Of a DNA stretch of 64,000 nucleotides, positions 27,511 through 37,759 are shown piece by piece (position 1 is the stretch's first letter; each line of letters begins with the position of its first letter). A program made the position numbers and the translations under genes. The stretch comes from an archaeon UBA543. GTDB taxonomy: Archaea; Undinarchaeota; Undinarchaeia; Undinarchaeales; UBA543. The DNA is taken from NCBI GenBank assembly GCA_002502135.1, contig DAPM01000017.1:5548-69547 (forward strand). Reading direction: 5' to 3'. The notes under the pieces were generated by a model. That model saw nothing but the letters and a program-made list of their open reading frames with translations, made no database searches and was not told where the DNA came from.

Positions 27511-28481
27511 TGGAGATTAAGGGAAAGAAGATTTTCATAACTGGCGGAGCAGGATTCGTTGGCAGTCACACTGCTGACAAGCTTCTGGAAATGGATTGCA
27601 GTGTAACTGTTTATGACAATCTGAAAACAGGGCAATCTGATATTTTCCTAAAAGACGCCAAGACCAACAAGGATTTCAAAATGGTTGAGGGCGATATTCT
27701 CGATCTTGACAAATTGAAATCTGAAATGGATGGTCACGATTTTGTATTCCATCTTTCTGCAAATGCTGATGTGCGCGGAGGTCTTGACAACACTCGAATT
27801 GATCTTGAGCAGAACACAATCGGAACTTGGAATGTTCTTGAAGCAATGAAAATCAACAATGTGAAAGGAATTGCATTTTCTTCAACATCTGCAATGTATG
27901 GCGAGCCTGATAAATTCCCAACACCTGAAAACTATAATCCTACTCAAACCTCACTTTACGGAGCGTCAAAACTCGCAGGAGAAGCAATGATACAGGCATT
28001 TTGCGAGGGTTTTGGCATAAAATCGTGGATTTTCCGCTTTGTTTCGCTTATTGGAGAGAGGTATACCCACGGGGTGATATTCGACTTCATCAAGAAGCTC
28101 CATTCCGACCCAAAAGAGCTGGAAATCCTCGGAGATGGCGAGCAAAAGAAATCCTATTTGTATATTGGCGACTGTGTGAATGCAATGGTATTCGCAATCC
28201 AGAATGCTGATGAAAAAGTTAATACTTTCAATCTAGGAAATGTCGAATATATGAATGTAAAAGATGTTGCAAACATCATAATCGAGGAAATGAAACTCTC
28301 AGATGTCAAATTCAAGTTCACTGGCGGTGAAAAAGGCTGGATCGGAGATGCTCCGTTTGTCCAGCTTGCTGTTGACCGCATTCAATCACTAGGATGGAAG
28401 CCCGAAGTGTCTATAGAGGACGGAATTAGGAAAACTGCGCAGTACCTTTTGCAAAACAAAGAGCTTCTTGACAGGAGATAA
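27510..28481 (+). CDS. NAD-dependent NDP-sugar epimerase/dehydratase
   Basis: TGGAGFVGSH, SST, YGASK and HGVIFDF. Confidence 0.92.
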   Translation: MEIKGKKIFITGGAGFVGSHTADKLLEMDCSVTVYDNLKTGQSDIFLKDAKTNKDFKMVEGDILDLDKLKSEMDGHDFVFHLSANADVRGGLDNTRIDLEQNTIGTWNVLEAMKINNVKGIAFSSTSAMYGEPDKFPTPENYNPTQTSLYGASKLAGEAMIQAFCEGFGIKSWIFRFVSLIGERYTHGVIFDFIKKLHSDPKELEILGDGEQKKSYLYIGDCVNAMVFAIQNADEKVNTFNLGNVEYMNVKDVANIIIEEMKLSDVKFKFTGGEKGWIGDAPFVQLAVDRIQSLGWKPEVSIEDGIRKTAQYLLQNKELLDRR

Positions 28482-28483
28482 TC

Positions 28484-29425
28484 TTGGAAATCAATGATTT
28501 CGTAAGCTTGCTGAAATGCCCGGCGTGTTGGAAGCCTGGTCTTGAACCTGTAATACAGAATGATAGGACTTTTTTGCATTGCAAATCCTGCAGTCTTTTG
28601 TATGCATTCAGGAAGAATTTTGTGAATTTTATGGATTCTTTCAAATCTGCTGGGATGAAATTAAAAGATTTCAAACCAGAGAAGCTTGGTGAGCAGGATT
28701 CAAGCAGAACAGACTTGAGGATGATTTCCTACAACTACTACACAAGACACAAAGCATTTTTCAAAAAAGCAGACATTGATTTCAAGAGCACTGTTGTTGA
28801 TGTTGGGTGTTCAGCAGGTGTGCTGGCCCAGAACTTCGAGAATTATGTTGGTCTTGACTTATCAGAAGATCTAGAAAATGTTGCAAAAGACAATCCTGCG
28901 AAGTTTTTTGTCAGAGCCGATGCAATGCAAATGCCATTTGTTGATAACTGTTTTGACTCTTTTGTATCAAGACACCTTCTTGAGCACACTCCAACACCTC
29001 GAAAAGTTCTATCAGAACTGAAAAGGGTTTGCAGAAGTGGTGGTGTTCTTGAACTTCCTGTAAAAGAATTCCCCTTCCTCTTCGATCCTCTTAATTTCAC
29101 TCTTCAAAAAATGAAAAAACAGCCTAAGAAGTTCGGAATCTATGGTTTCGGACATCAACGGGTGTTTGCAACAAAAGAATGGGATGAAATTATTACAAGC
29201 ACTTTCAAAATCAAGGATTCTGTAAAGTTGTGCAGAGGCGCTTTCTACAATCTAATCTGTCTTTTTGAGAATATTCTGTTCTCCAGAAAAGATGATTATG
29301 ATGTGCCTAGCCAGCAAGTTAAAAAGTGGCTGCTCAAACCACTAAATCTTATTTACGATCTCCTGAACCTGATCGATCCTAAGATCACAGGCTCTCACAC
29401 CATTCTTTACAATGTTGAACCATGA
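28484..29425 (+). CDS. class I SAM methyltransferase with N-terminal Trm112-like Zn ribbon
   Basis: LKCPAC...CKSC, VDVGCSAG, DAMQMPF and LLEH; TTG start. Confidence 0.82.
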   Translation: MEINDFVSLLKCPACWKPGLEPVIQNDRTFLHCKSCSLLYAFRKNFVNFMDSFKSAGMKLKDFKPEKLGEQDSSRTDLRMISYNYYTRHKAFFKKADIDFKSTVVDVGCSAGVLAQNFENYVGLDLSEDLENVAKDNPAKFFVRADAMQMPFVDNCFDSFVSRHLLEHTPTPRKVLSELKRVCRSGGVLELPVKEFPFLFDPLNFTLQKMKKQPKKFGIYGFGHQRVFATKEWDEIITSTFKIKDSVKLCRGAFYNLICLFENILFSRKDDYDVPSQQVKKWLLKPLNLIYDLLNLIDPKITGSHTILYNVEP

Positions 29426-30993
29426 AAAACAAGACTCTACTCCTATTATTGCTTATAATTCTAACTGGAGCTGTGCTCAGGTTTGCTTTTCTTGCAAGTC
29501 CTAGCATCAGAGGAGATGAAGGTCCTGCTCTTTTCATGAGTGAGCGTCCTTTTGGAGAATTGTGGGAGAACACTAAAGCAGATTCCCATCCTCCACTATT
29601 CTATCTTGTGCTTAGGGCGGTTCCAAAAATCGGGGAAATCCTACCATACCGCTTGCTTGTTGCAATTCTAAGTATTGCAGCGATTCCAGTTGCATTCCTG
29701 CTCGGTAAAAAACTGTTTAATGAAAATGTTGGCTTGTTTTCAGCATTCATGTTCTCAATTTCGCAGATGAATATAAAATACGCCCAAATGGTGAGAAGCT
29801 ATTCTCTGATAACTTTACTTGCAATGCTTTCAATTTACTTTTTCATATCATACTTGAAAGATAGAAAGACTTCGCAAATTACCTGGTGGGTTGTTTTCTC
29901 AGCATTAGCCTGCTGGACTCACTACTTCATGCTGTTCGTGCTTGTTGCTGAAGCAGCTTACATTCTGTCTTATCATTTGAAAGACAAAAAACTCATTAAA
30001 TCATTTTTCTTCCATGGATTTTTGCTGGTGATTCTAATTGCCCCGCTTGCTCCGCTTTTCCAAGCTCAATCTGCAACAATAAAGGATGTCTTGGCTCCGA
30101 TTTATCAGTATAATGATCCACTTCTCCAGCCAACCCTGACTACACCAATTGCAAATAATATCCTGGTCCGGAATGCAATGATGTTCTTTCATTTGAGTGT
30201 TGGTCACACAAAATTCACTCCAACAGTCTTTTTCGCAGTCTTTTTTGCGCTCACTGCTCTTGCATTCGGCTTGCCATTGCTTGCTAATCTGAAAAATCTA
30301 CTTAAAGATAAGAAAACATTCTTGCCATTAGCCCTATTCCTTTCAGTTCCAATCTTCATGTCGCTTATGTGGATTACAAAGTTCTTGATTTACCATACGT
30401 ATGCTCGATATCTTTTGTTTGTATCACCTCTTTACTATCTCTTTATTTCAAAAGGAGTGTTTAATCTAAAGAATTTAATTCCGAAAATCAATTTAAAGAA
30501 AGTGGTAATTGTTTTTGCAATCCTGATTCTTGCTTTGAATGCAGTTTCCTTGTATGGATATTATACAAGCACACTCCAGCATGAAAATTTCAAATATTTG
30601 ACTTCAAAAATCACTGGAGCTGGCTCTGAAGATGTTATAATTATCCACACTGGTTTTTATTCCCAAAATATTGAGCGAACTTACAAAGGAGAAGCTCAAA
30701 TCTGTCTTGGCCCAGATGGAATAAAAGTAGGTCCAGACATTACGATTTTGGATTATTTGAAATCAAAGAAACCAGCAACAGAAGAGAACAAGTGCGACAT
30801 TCTCAAATGTACCGAAGGCGCTGATAATATCTGGCTTATGCAGAACAATCCTAGTGTTCATGACTCTGAAAAACTTTTGAAAAACTGCCTTGAAAATAAT
30901 TTCAAGCTGGAAAACACTTATTCCAATACCTATAAGAACGCTCAAGGGGAAGACGAAACAGATTTCTTCCTTTATGAATTCACTAAACAATGA
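29422..30993 (+). CDS. GT-C fold (PMT/ArnT-like, GT39/83) membrane glycosyltransferase
   Basis: LRF...GDE, DSHPPLFY, RSYSL, THY and multiple TM segments. Confidence 0.87.
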   Translation: MKNKTLLLLLLIILTGAVLRFAFLASPSIRGDEGPALFMSERPFGELWENTKADSHPPLFYLVLRAVPKIGEILPYRLLVAILSIAAIPVAFLLGKKLFNENVGLFSAFMFSISQMNIKYAQMVRSYSLITLLAMLSIYFFISYLKDRKTSQITWWVVFSALACWTHYFMLFVLVAEAAYILSYHLKDKKLIKSFFFHGFLLVILIAPLAPLFQAQSATIKDVLAPIYQYNDPLLQPTLTTPIANNILVRNAMMFFHLSVGHTKFTPTVFFAVFFALTALAFGLPLLANLKNLLKDKKTFLPLALFLSVPIFMSLMWITKFLIYHTYARYLLFVSPLYYLFISKGVFNLKNLIPKINLKKVVIVFAILILALNAVSLYGYYTSTLQHENFKYLTSKITGAGSEDVIIIHTGFYSQNIERTYKGEAQICLGPDGIKVGPDITILDYLKSKKPATEENKCDILKCTEGADNIWLMQNNPSVHDSEKLLKNCLENNFKLENTYSNTYKNAQGEDETDFFLYEFTKQ

Positions 30994-32489
30994 ATACTGA
31001 AAAAAAATACAGCAAAATCTCTGGACAAGTAATCTTCTCAAACATCGTTTTAGTTCTAACAATCCTGATTTCTCCAGTTCTGATTGCGCTTCTTACAAGA
31101 GTTCTTAGTATTGCAGATTTTGGAGTTTATTCTCTTCTGACTTCTTTTGTAGCATTAATGTCACTGCTTCTGATTCTTGGATTGTCAAAATATATTATTG
31201 CCCGCTTGCCTGGAAAACAAAGAACTGAGCAAGCAACCAAATTCTATGCAATTGTAATTTTCAATGCAGTAATTGTTGCAGTTCTCTTACTTGTTGCATA
31301 CTTCAGTCCATTCAAACCATGGTTCTTAGGGATAACAAACCTGCAAGCATACAGCGCTGAATTTGGAATTTGTTTGTTTGTAATCTTTGCAATGGCAATG
31401 GGTAAGTTGTTTTTTGAATACTACAGTGCCAAAGAACGCCTAAATTTCGCAAATACAATGGATTTTTTAGTTAACAAGGGCTGGATGTTTATTCTTGTTG
31501 CAATTTTCCTGATTTTCAGAAGCTTCACCCTCTCTCAGGTGTTTATTGTTTGGCTTGTCGGAGTTGTGCTCGCTGTTTTAATCTATTCTCTCTGTTCACT
31601 CGGAGATATCAAAATATTCCTTAAAGAAAAATTCAATACTGCTGTGCTGAAACGAGCATTGTGGTTTGGGCTTCCGGTTATACCAGTTGTAATTTCTGGT
31701 TGGCTTATCTCACTTAGCGATCGATTTATTCTAAACCACTTTATGACTGCAGAAGCAGTAGGACTCTATACTCTTCCATATTCACTTCTTGGAGTTGTCA
31801 AAACTTTCGGAACATCTGCAAGTGTTGTAATTCTGCCTTATTTTGCAGCTGCATACAACAATAAGAATAAAGATTCTACAAAACTGATAAGTGCTGCAAT
31901 GAAATTCGGGCTTGTTCTAATTGTTCCTTTCTTGGTGGGCGCAGCAGTTCTTGGAAAGCAGATTATTCTGATAATTTCTGGAGCAAAATACCTTCCTGCA
32001 GTTCCATATCTTCTTCCACTTCTTCTCTATCCACTATTCTACTTCATGGCTTCAATTTTCTATGATGGTCTTGTTGTTGCTGGCCAGACAAAACATGCTG
32101 GAATCGCTTATACTGGCGCTGCAATTCTAAATATTATTCTAAATATCTGGTGGATTCCAAAAATAGGCATCTATGGAGCCGTTTTCTCAACAGTTCTTAG
32201 CTACTTGCTAATGTCTATTTACATGTATTCTGTGTTCAAAAAATACTGTAAAATCAGTCCAAGCTTTATAAAATTCGGGAGAATACTGATTGCTAGCATT
32301 ATCATGGGCATTCCTATTTACTTTATCAATCCTAGTGGACTTTTCATGACAGTAGCTACAACAGCACTCGGTGGAGCAATATATTGTATCCTTCTGCTTG
32401 TTTTCAAAGTAATTTCACATCACGAATTAAGATTATTCTTCAGCAAAGTGCCTGTAGTTCATAAAATTATTGATAAAATATTTGCTTAA
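30990..32489 (+). CDS. Wzx-type oligosaccharide flippase
   Basis: About 14 TM segments; TRVLSIADFG, SDRFIL, VGLY and ILNIWWIPKIGIYGA. Confidence 0.9.
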   Translation: MNTEKKYSKISGQVIFSNIVLVLTILISPVLIALLTRVLSIADFGVYSLLTSFVALMSLLLILGLSKYIIARLPGKQRTEQATKFYAIVIFNAVIVAVLLLVAYFSPFKPWFLGITNLQAYSAEFGICLFVIFAMAMGKLFFEYYSAKERLNFANTMDFLVNKGWMFILVAIFLIFRSFTLSQVFIVWLVGVVLAVLIYSLCSLGDIKIFLKEKFNTAVLKRALWFGLPVIPVVISGWLISLSDRFILNHFMTAEAVGLYTLPYSLLGVVKTFGTSASVVILPYFAAAYNNKNKDSTKLISAAMKFGLVLIVPFLVGAAVLGKQIILIISGAKYLPAVPYLLPLLLYPLFYFMASIFYDGLVVAGQTKHAGIAYTGAAILNIILNIWWIPKIGIYGAVFSTVLSYLLMSIYMYSVFKKYCKISPSFIKFGRILIASIIMGIPIYFINPSGLFMTVATTALGGAIYCILLLVFKVISHHELRLFFSKVPVVHKIIDKIFA

Positions 32490-32986
32490 GCAGTTGGTTT
32501 TTCCAAAACCATCTCAACAGCAGGCCTGTCTTTGTGCGTAATATCTGTTTTTTCTGTGAATCCAAGCTTTTTGAAAACTGCAATTGAAATTGGATTGTCT
32601 GTTCTTATGTAGGTCTGGTATTTTTCAATTCCAAGACTGTCAAAACCATACTGGCAAGCAGTTCTTATTACTGCAGTTCCATATCCTTTACCTTGTTCTG
32701 GCTTGTCAATGTAAATTGCAATATCGGAAATACCTGAGTCAATGTCAAACCGTATTACACCCATTGGTGTTGACTCAGAATTCTCTATAATAAAAAATCT
32801 AGTTGTTTCAGAATCCACTCTGTTTGCAAACCATTTCTCATGGTTTTCAAACGGAATTTCATCTGCTTCAAAAGCTCTCTGTCGTGTTTCCGGATCATTT
32901 CGCCACCCCCACAACATTCTACTATCCTCTAGAGTTGCAGGTCGTGCCTTCAATTCCTTCTCTGCAATTTCGAAAACATACGCCAT
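32486..32986 (-). CDS. PseH-like GNAT N-acyltransferase
   Basis: LWGWRNDPETR, HEKWF, QGKGYG and N..S...FKKLGF. Confidence 0.85.
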   Translation of the reverse strand: MAYVFEIAEKELKARPATLEDSRMLWGWRNDPETRQRAFEADEIPFENHEKWFANRVDSETTRFFIIENSESTPMGVIRFDIDSGISDIAIYIDKPEQGKGYGTAVIRTACQYGFDSLGIEKYQTYIRTDNPISIAVFKKLGFTEKTDITHKDRPAVEMVLEKPTA

Positions 32987-33074
32987 AATTCTAACTCTGC
33001 CTTATGCCTTTAAACCTTTTATGATAATTAATTCAAAAACATTATAAACCGATTTCGCCGTGTGTTTTAATAAC

Positions 33075-34091
33075 ATGGCACGATTTTCACACGAAATTGG
33101 ACAGTCTTTTAGGTCTCTGCTGACATCTAGAGGCAAAGGCCTAGATTGGGCTTACAGGAAGTATCGCTACTTATGGAAGCGTGCACCTGCGAAGCAGAAA
33201 GTGCTGAAATTCCCACTTCACTTGGATATTGAAAACACCAACAACTGCAATCTTCGCTGTGTAATGTGCGCTATTAATTTTGCTGAAGAGGCTTTCGGAT
33301 CAATGGATTGGAACCTCTACACAAAGATTATTGACGAGGGTGCAAAGAACGGACTGGCATCTATCAAGCTCAACTGGCGCGGAGAACCACTTCTTCATCC
33401 AAAAATTGTTGAAATGGTGAAATATGCAAAAGATAAGGGAATTGTTGAAGTGCAGTTCAACACCAATGCTCAGCTTTTAACAGAAGACTTATCTCGCAGA
33501 TTAATTGACGCAGGTCTGGACAGGATTATTTTCTCAGTAGACGGAGCTACAACCGAAACTTACGAGAAAATAAGACGTGGCGGTAAATACGACAGACTTG
33601 TTAATAATATTGAAACTTTCCTAAGACTCAAAAAAGAAAAAGGAACCAAACTTCCTCTTACAAGAATACAATTTGTGAAAATGAAAGAGAACGAGAACGA
33701 AGCTGACTTGTTCAAGAAAACTTGGGATGGGAAAATTGATGAAGTGATTGTTAATCCATTCCTTGATTACACTTCCCTCAGCGACACAGCTGAGAAACAG
33801 GACAATCTAAAATCTTCCGACCAAATTAAAATAACTGGAAGAAAGCCATGTAACCAGCTTTGGCAGAGATTAATAATCAGTTATGATGGTGAAGTGATGA
33901 TGTGTTGTGATGACTGGAACATGGAAGTTAAACTCGGAAATGTTAATAATCAGAATATTTACGATATCTGGCATGGTGAAAAGCTGAACAAAATCCGCAA
34001 GCTTCATGCAACTGGCCAATGGGACAATATTCCTGTTTGCAAAAACTGTACAGAACTTGACGGATGTACTTACGAGAAAAATGAAAATTAG
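33075..34091 (+). CDS. radical SAM protein with SPASM/twitch domain
   Basis: CNLRCVMC, RGEPLLHP, TNA, SVDG; C-terminal C...MCC...CKNC. Confidence 0.92.
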   Translation: MARFSHEIGQSFRSLLTSRGKGLDWAYRKYRYLWKRAPAKQKVLKFPLHLDIENTNNCNLRCVMCAINFAEEAFGSMDWNLYTKIIDEGAKNGLASIKLNWRGEPLLHPKIVEMVKYAKDKGIVEVQFNTNAQLLTEDLSRRLIDAGLDRIIFSVDGATTETYEKIRRGGKYDRLVNNIETFLRLKKEKGTKLPLTRIQFVKMKENENEADLFKKTWDGKIDEVIVNPFLDYTSLSDTAEKQDNLKSSDQIKITGRKPCNQLWQRLIISYDGEVMMCCDDWNMEVKLGNVNNQNIYDIWHGEKLNKIRKLHATGQWDNIPVCKNCTELDGCTYEKNEN

Positions 34092-35373
34092 CAAATTAAT
34101 TGAAGAATCATACCTTTTGAATCGGGTTTTTGTATCTGATGATTTAGTAAAAGCTCTGGACAACCTATCTGCTCACACTGATGTTGAATTTAAGGATTAC
34201 AAATTCAAAACAGGCACTGATGTTAATGGTTTTGTAATTCCTAGCAAATGGAGTGTTGATGATGCAAAGATTTTGAAAGATGGTAAAGTTGTTTATGATG
34301 GAATGCAGCATGTTCTTTGTGTTATTGCAAATTCAGCAAGCTTTGAAGGAAAAGTTTCCAAAGAAGAGCTTGTAAAACATCTACACACTGCTCCAAAACA
34401 GCCAAAAGCAATTCCATTCCACTTCAGGCAGATGTACAGACCTTGGCAGGAAGATTGGGGATTCTGTATGCCACAGGAATTATTTGATTCTCTAGAAGAT
34501 GGCGAATATGAAGTTGTTCTAAAAACAAAATCAGAACCTGGAGAAATGGTAATGCGAGAATTCACTTTGCCTGGAAAATCAAAGGAAACAGTTCTTTTTG
34601 TTGCTCATATTGATCATCCAGGACTTTCAAATGATGATTTGTCTGGTTGTTCTGTCGGAATTGCGCTTTTAGAAGAGCTCAAGAAACTGAAAGATCGCAA
34701 ATACACTTACAAACTTCTGCTTACTCAGGAAATAATCGGCTCAGTTTTTTACTTGAATGCAATTAAACAAGCGAAAAAGGATCTGAAATATTCATTATTC
34801 ATTGAAATGTTCGGAAACAGTACAGATTTGGCTTTACAGAAGTCTTTTTCAGGAGAAACTGAAATTGACAAAGCCTGCGAATTAGTTCTGCAGGGAATAG
34901 TGAAAGAACCTGTAATAAAACCTTTTAGAGAGCATGTTGGCAACGATGAAATTGCTTTTGAAGCTCCTGGTTTTGAAATTCCAATGCCTTCAATTTCAAG
35001 ATGGCCTTATCCTGAATATCACACTAATCTGGAGAACATGGATTTGATTGATGAGGACAAATTGCAGGAAGCTTTGAAGTATTTGCTCGATGTTGTGAAT
35101 GTTTTGGAGAAAAATGCTATTGTCAAGAGAAAATTTGAAGGATTAGTTGGTCTTGCCAATCCAAAATACGATTTGTATATGGGTCCTGGTCAGATTCTGA
35201 GCACAAGCGAGAAAGGGGACAAGCTGAAATGTCTGTTCCAGTACAAAATGCCTCGTTATCTTGAAGGCGACAAAACTGTTTTGGACATAGCTCTAGAATT
35301 CGGACTTGATTTTAACTGGACTCACGATTATTTCTGTAAAATGGCTGAGAAAGATTTAGTTGAACTTCTTTAA
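34081..35373 (+). CDS. DUF4910 family protein (M28 peptidase-like, polysaccharide-locus associated)
   Basis: W.IP..W-like start, WGFC, HIDHP..SNDDLSG, EIIGS, GNDE, YPEYHT and a C-terminal wHTH-like tail. Confidence 0.82.
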   Translation: MKISKLIEESYLLNRVFVSDDLVKALDNLSAHTDVEFKDYKFKTGTDVNGFVIPSKWSVDDAKILKDGKVVYDGMQHVLCVIANSASFEGKVSKEELVKHLHTAPKQPKAIPFHFRQMYRPWQEDWGFCMPQELFDSLEDGEYEVVLKTKSEPGEMVMREFTLPGKSKETVLFVAHIDHPGLSNDDLSGCSVGIALLEELKKLKDRKYTYKLLLTQEIIGSVFYLNAIKQAKKDLKYSLFIEMFGNSTDLALQKSFSGETEIDKACELVLQGIVKEPVIKPFREHVGNDEIAFEAPGFEIPMPSISRWPYPEYHTNLENMDLIDEDKLQEALKYLLDVVNVLEKNAIVKRKFEGLVGLANPKYDLYMGPGQILSTSEKGDKLKCLFQYKMPRYLEGDKTVLDIALEFGLDFNWTHDYFCKMAEKDLVELL

Positions 35374-35395
35374 GTGGTAATTTTACAAGCTATTT

Positions 35396-36346
35396 TCAGA
35401 TTCCCTGCATATCAGGCTCAACATACTTGTCTAAATTCTCTTTGTAATAATCTATAACAGCTTTCAAACCGTCTTCAATAGTCCATTTTGGTTCGTATCC
35501 AAGTTTTTCCTGTGCTTTTTTAATCTCAGGAACTCTCTTGAACACTTCCCGCCACTTTCCACGGATCTTATCACCGAATTCCACGTGCTCAATCTTGCTC
35601 TGGCTTCCAGAAATCTCCACAATCTTTTGTGCAAGCTGTTCCATGCTGACTTCTCCTCCAGGGTTTCCAATATTGAAAATTTCGTTTTTTGCTTTCTCTT
35701 CAAAAATACCTTTGCAAATTCCCTGAACAATATCATCAACATAACAGAATGCTCTTGTTTGCTGGCCATCTCCGAAAAGTTTCAGTGTCTCATTCTTGAG
35801 GGCTGCTGTTATGAATAATGGAACAACAAACTCATTTCTCTGTTCTCCATAAACATTGAAGAATCGTAGAATTGTATAATCTAAATTGTATTTCTTGCTG
35901 TAAGCTTTGATATATTCCTCGCCAATAACCTTACTTGCACCGTATTCTGATTTTGGTGAATAGTCTGCAGTTTCCAGGATAGGTAGTTCTCTAGGCTCAC
36001 CATAAATTTCTGAAGAACTTGAGAAAACAAATCTCTTGATATCGTTTTTGACACTTGCTTCCAACATATTTCTTGTGCCGAGAACATTAACGTCAAGACA
36101 TTCAAGAGGTGCTTTCAGTGATCTGTCTACACCAACAGTAGCTGCTAAGTGAACAACATATTCACAGCCGTCCATGGCCTTGTCAATATCCATTGGGCTC
36201 AAAATTGTACCCTGGATATAATTAGTGCCTTCAATCTTAACATCGTGAATGTCAAGCATGTTGACTTCGTGGCCGTCCTTGACGAGTTTCTCGACAAGCG
36301 CGGCTCCTACCATTCCTGATCCTCCTGTAACTAAAATTTTTACCAT
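35396..36346 (-). CDS. NAD-dependent NDP-sugar epimerase/dehydratase
   Basis: TGGSGMVG, SSSEIYG, YGASK and RFFNVYG. Confidence 0.92.
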   Translation of the reverse strand: MVKILVTGGSGMVGAALVEKLVKDGHEVNMLDIHDVKIEGTNYIQGTILSPMDIDKAMDGCEYVVHLAATVGVDRSLKAPLECLDVNVLGTRNMLEASVKNDIKRFVFSSSSEIYGEPRELPILETADYSPKSEYGASKVIGEEYIKAYSKKYNLDYTILRFFNVYGEQRNEFVVPLFITAALKNETLKLFGDGQQTRAFCYVDDIVQGICKGIFEEKAKNEIFNIGNPGGEVSMEQLAQKIVEISGSQSKIEHVEFGDKIRGKWREVFKRVPEIKKAQEKLGYEPKWTIEDGLKAVIDYYKENLDKYVEPDMQGI

Positions 36347-36347
36347 T

Positions 36348-37028
36348 TTAATAGCTCCTCATGTCTTCGATAATTTTACCGTGTTTTTCCAAAAGGTACT
36401 TTTTCGCTTCTTCAACCTTTGTTTTATCCCCGGTTATGCTATCAGGTCTCCTGTTATAGGTAAATAAAGGTTCTGAAACATGGATACTCGTGCATTTTTC
36501 CTGGGCTTTTATGATAATGTCGTACTCTGGAAGCACAATAGCTTCATCATATGGGCCTGCGTCTTGTAAAACACTTTTTTTGTACAAAATACCGCCTGCA
36601 ATTGTGTCCATTAGGTTATCAACAGTGACAGTTTTCACTTCCTCTCTTGTTTTCTCAAAATAATCACAATAAGAGAATCCCAAATCAGGATCTGTTTCAA
36701 ATGGTTTGTATAATTTCTCTAATGCAGTTGGTTCCAACCAATCGTCAGAGTCCAGAATTATGATAAAGTCGCCTGTTGCAGTATCAATTCCCTGATTCAA
36801 GGCTTTGATAGCACCCAAATGCGCATTTTTGATAACTACAACATTCCCTTGTGCGTTTGCAAAGGTGTCTAGAAGCTCTTGGGTGTTATCTGTAGAACCA
36901 TCATCAACACAAATCAATTCAATTTGCTCTTTTGTCAGAGTTTGTGCTGCCACGCTATCTAGTGCTTTCTGAACAAAAGCTGAACTATTGTAAGTTCTTA
37001 GAATGATGCTAATTTTTCCTAATTCCAT
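36348..37028 (-). CDS. GT2 glycosyltransferase
   Basis: TYN, VDDGSTD and LDSDD. Confidence 0.9.
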   Translation of the reverse strand: MELGKISIILRTYNSSAFVQKALDSVAAQTLTKEQIELICVDDGSTDNTQELLDTFANAQGNVVVIKNAHLGAIKALNQGIDTATGDFIIILDSDDWLEPTALEKLYKPFETDPDLGFSYCDYFEKTREEVKTVTVDNLMDTIAGGILYKKSVLQDAGPYDEAIVLPEYDIIIKAQEKCTSIHVSEPLFTYNRRPDSITGDKTKVEEAKKYLLEKHGKIIEDMRSY

Positions 37029-37759
37029 GTTCGTGCTGTACCTGCTGGTATATTTTCATTCAAAGCCTTAATTTCTGGATTTGCATCAAGCCATTTCAAA
37101 ACATCTTTCAGCTTGACAAAATTACCATCCTGAACCAAAGCATCGTAACTTCGCCTTGCAACAATCAAATCTTCTGGATTATCAACTGTCAGTCTGACTT
37201 CAGGTCGTCTTAATTCCTCATCTACTTGCTGCATCTGAATCTTGAATTTGTCAGGATTCTCATTAATGTAAAGTGAGATCAGTTCGCTCCTGTGTTTGTC
37301 CTCGCCATCTTGGTGTGATTTCCTAAGTGCATCCATTGTTATAATTTCCACGTGAGTTCCTACTGGAATATTCTCGCAAACTGCAAGAGATGCTTTCTCA
37401 TCCAAAAGTTTCTGATACATCTCATCAACTTTTTCAACATAAATGTAAGGGTTCTCAGTAGTGCTTCTCAGAATAACATCAGCTTCAACCAAGTCTCCGC
37501 CTTTTATCAGTCGTCCAAGAACATCTTTCTCATTTCCATAAACATAAGGAATGTTGTGTTCTTTTGCTAGAAGTTCGAAATGAACATTCTCCTGACCTTC
37601 GCTAATTGCAAAAACAATTTCATCAATTGATTTACATTGCTCTCTGATCCTGTCAACAACATGCATAACTATTGGCTTTCCGCCAACAAGCTGTAACGGC
37701 TTAGCATAAAGTCGTGTTGATTTATTTCTGCAAGCTAATACTGCAACAAATTTTGTCAT
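37019..37759 (-). CDS. SpsF-like (CMP-ulosonate) cytidylyltransferase
   Basis: CRNKSTRLYAKPL, GNEKDVLGR, G..VE and RLTVDNPEDL. Confidence 0.85.
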   Translation of the reverse strand: MTKFVAVLACRNKSTRLYAKPLQLVGGKPIVMHVVDRIREQCKSIDEIVFAISEGQENVHFELLAKEHNIPYVYGNEKDVLGRLIKGGDLVEADVILRSTTENPYIYVEKVDEMYQKLLDEKASLAVCENIPVGTHVEIITMDALRKSHQDGEDKHRSELISLYINENPDKFKIQMQQVDEELRRPEVRLTVDNPEDLIVARRSYDALVQDGNFVKLKDVLKWLDANPEIKALNENIPAGTARTWN

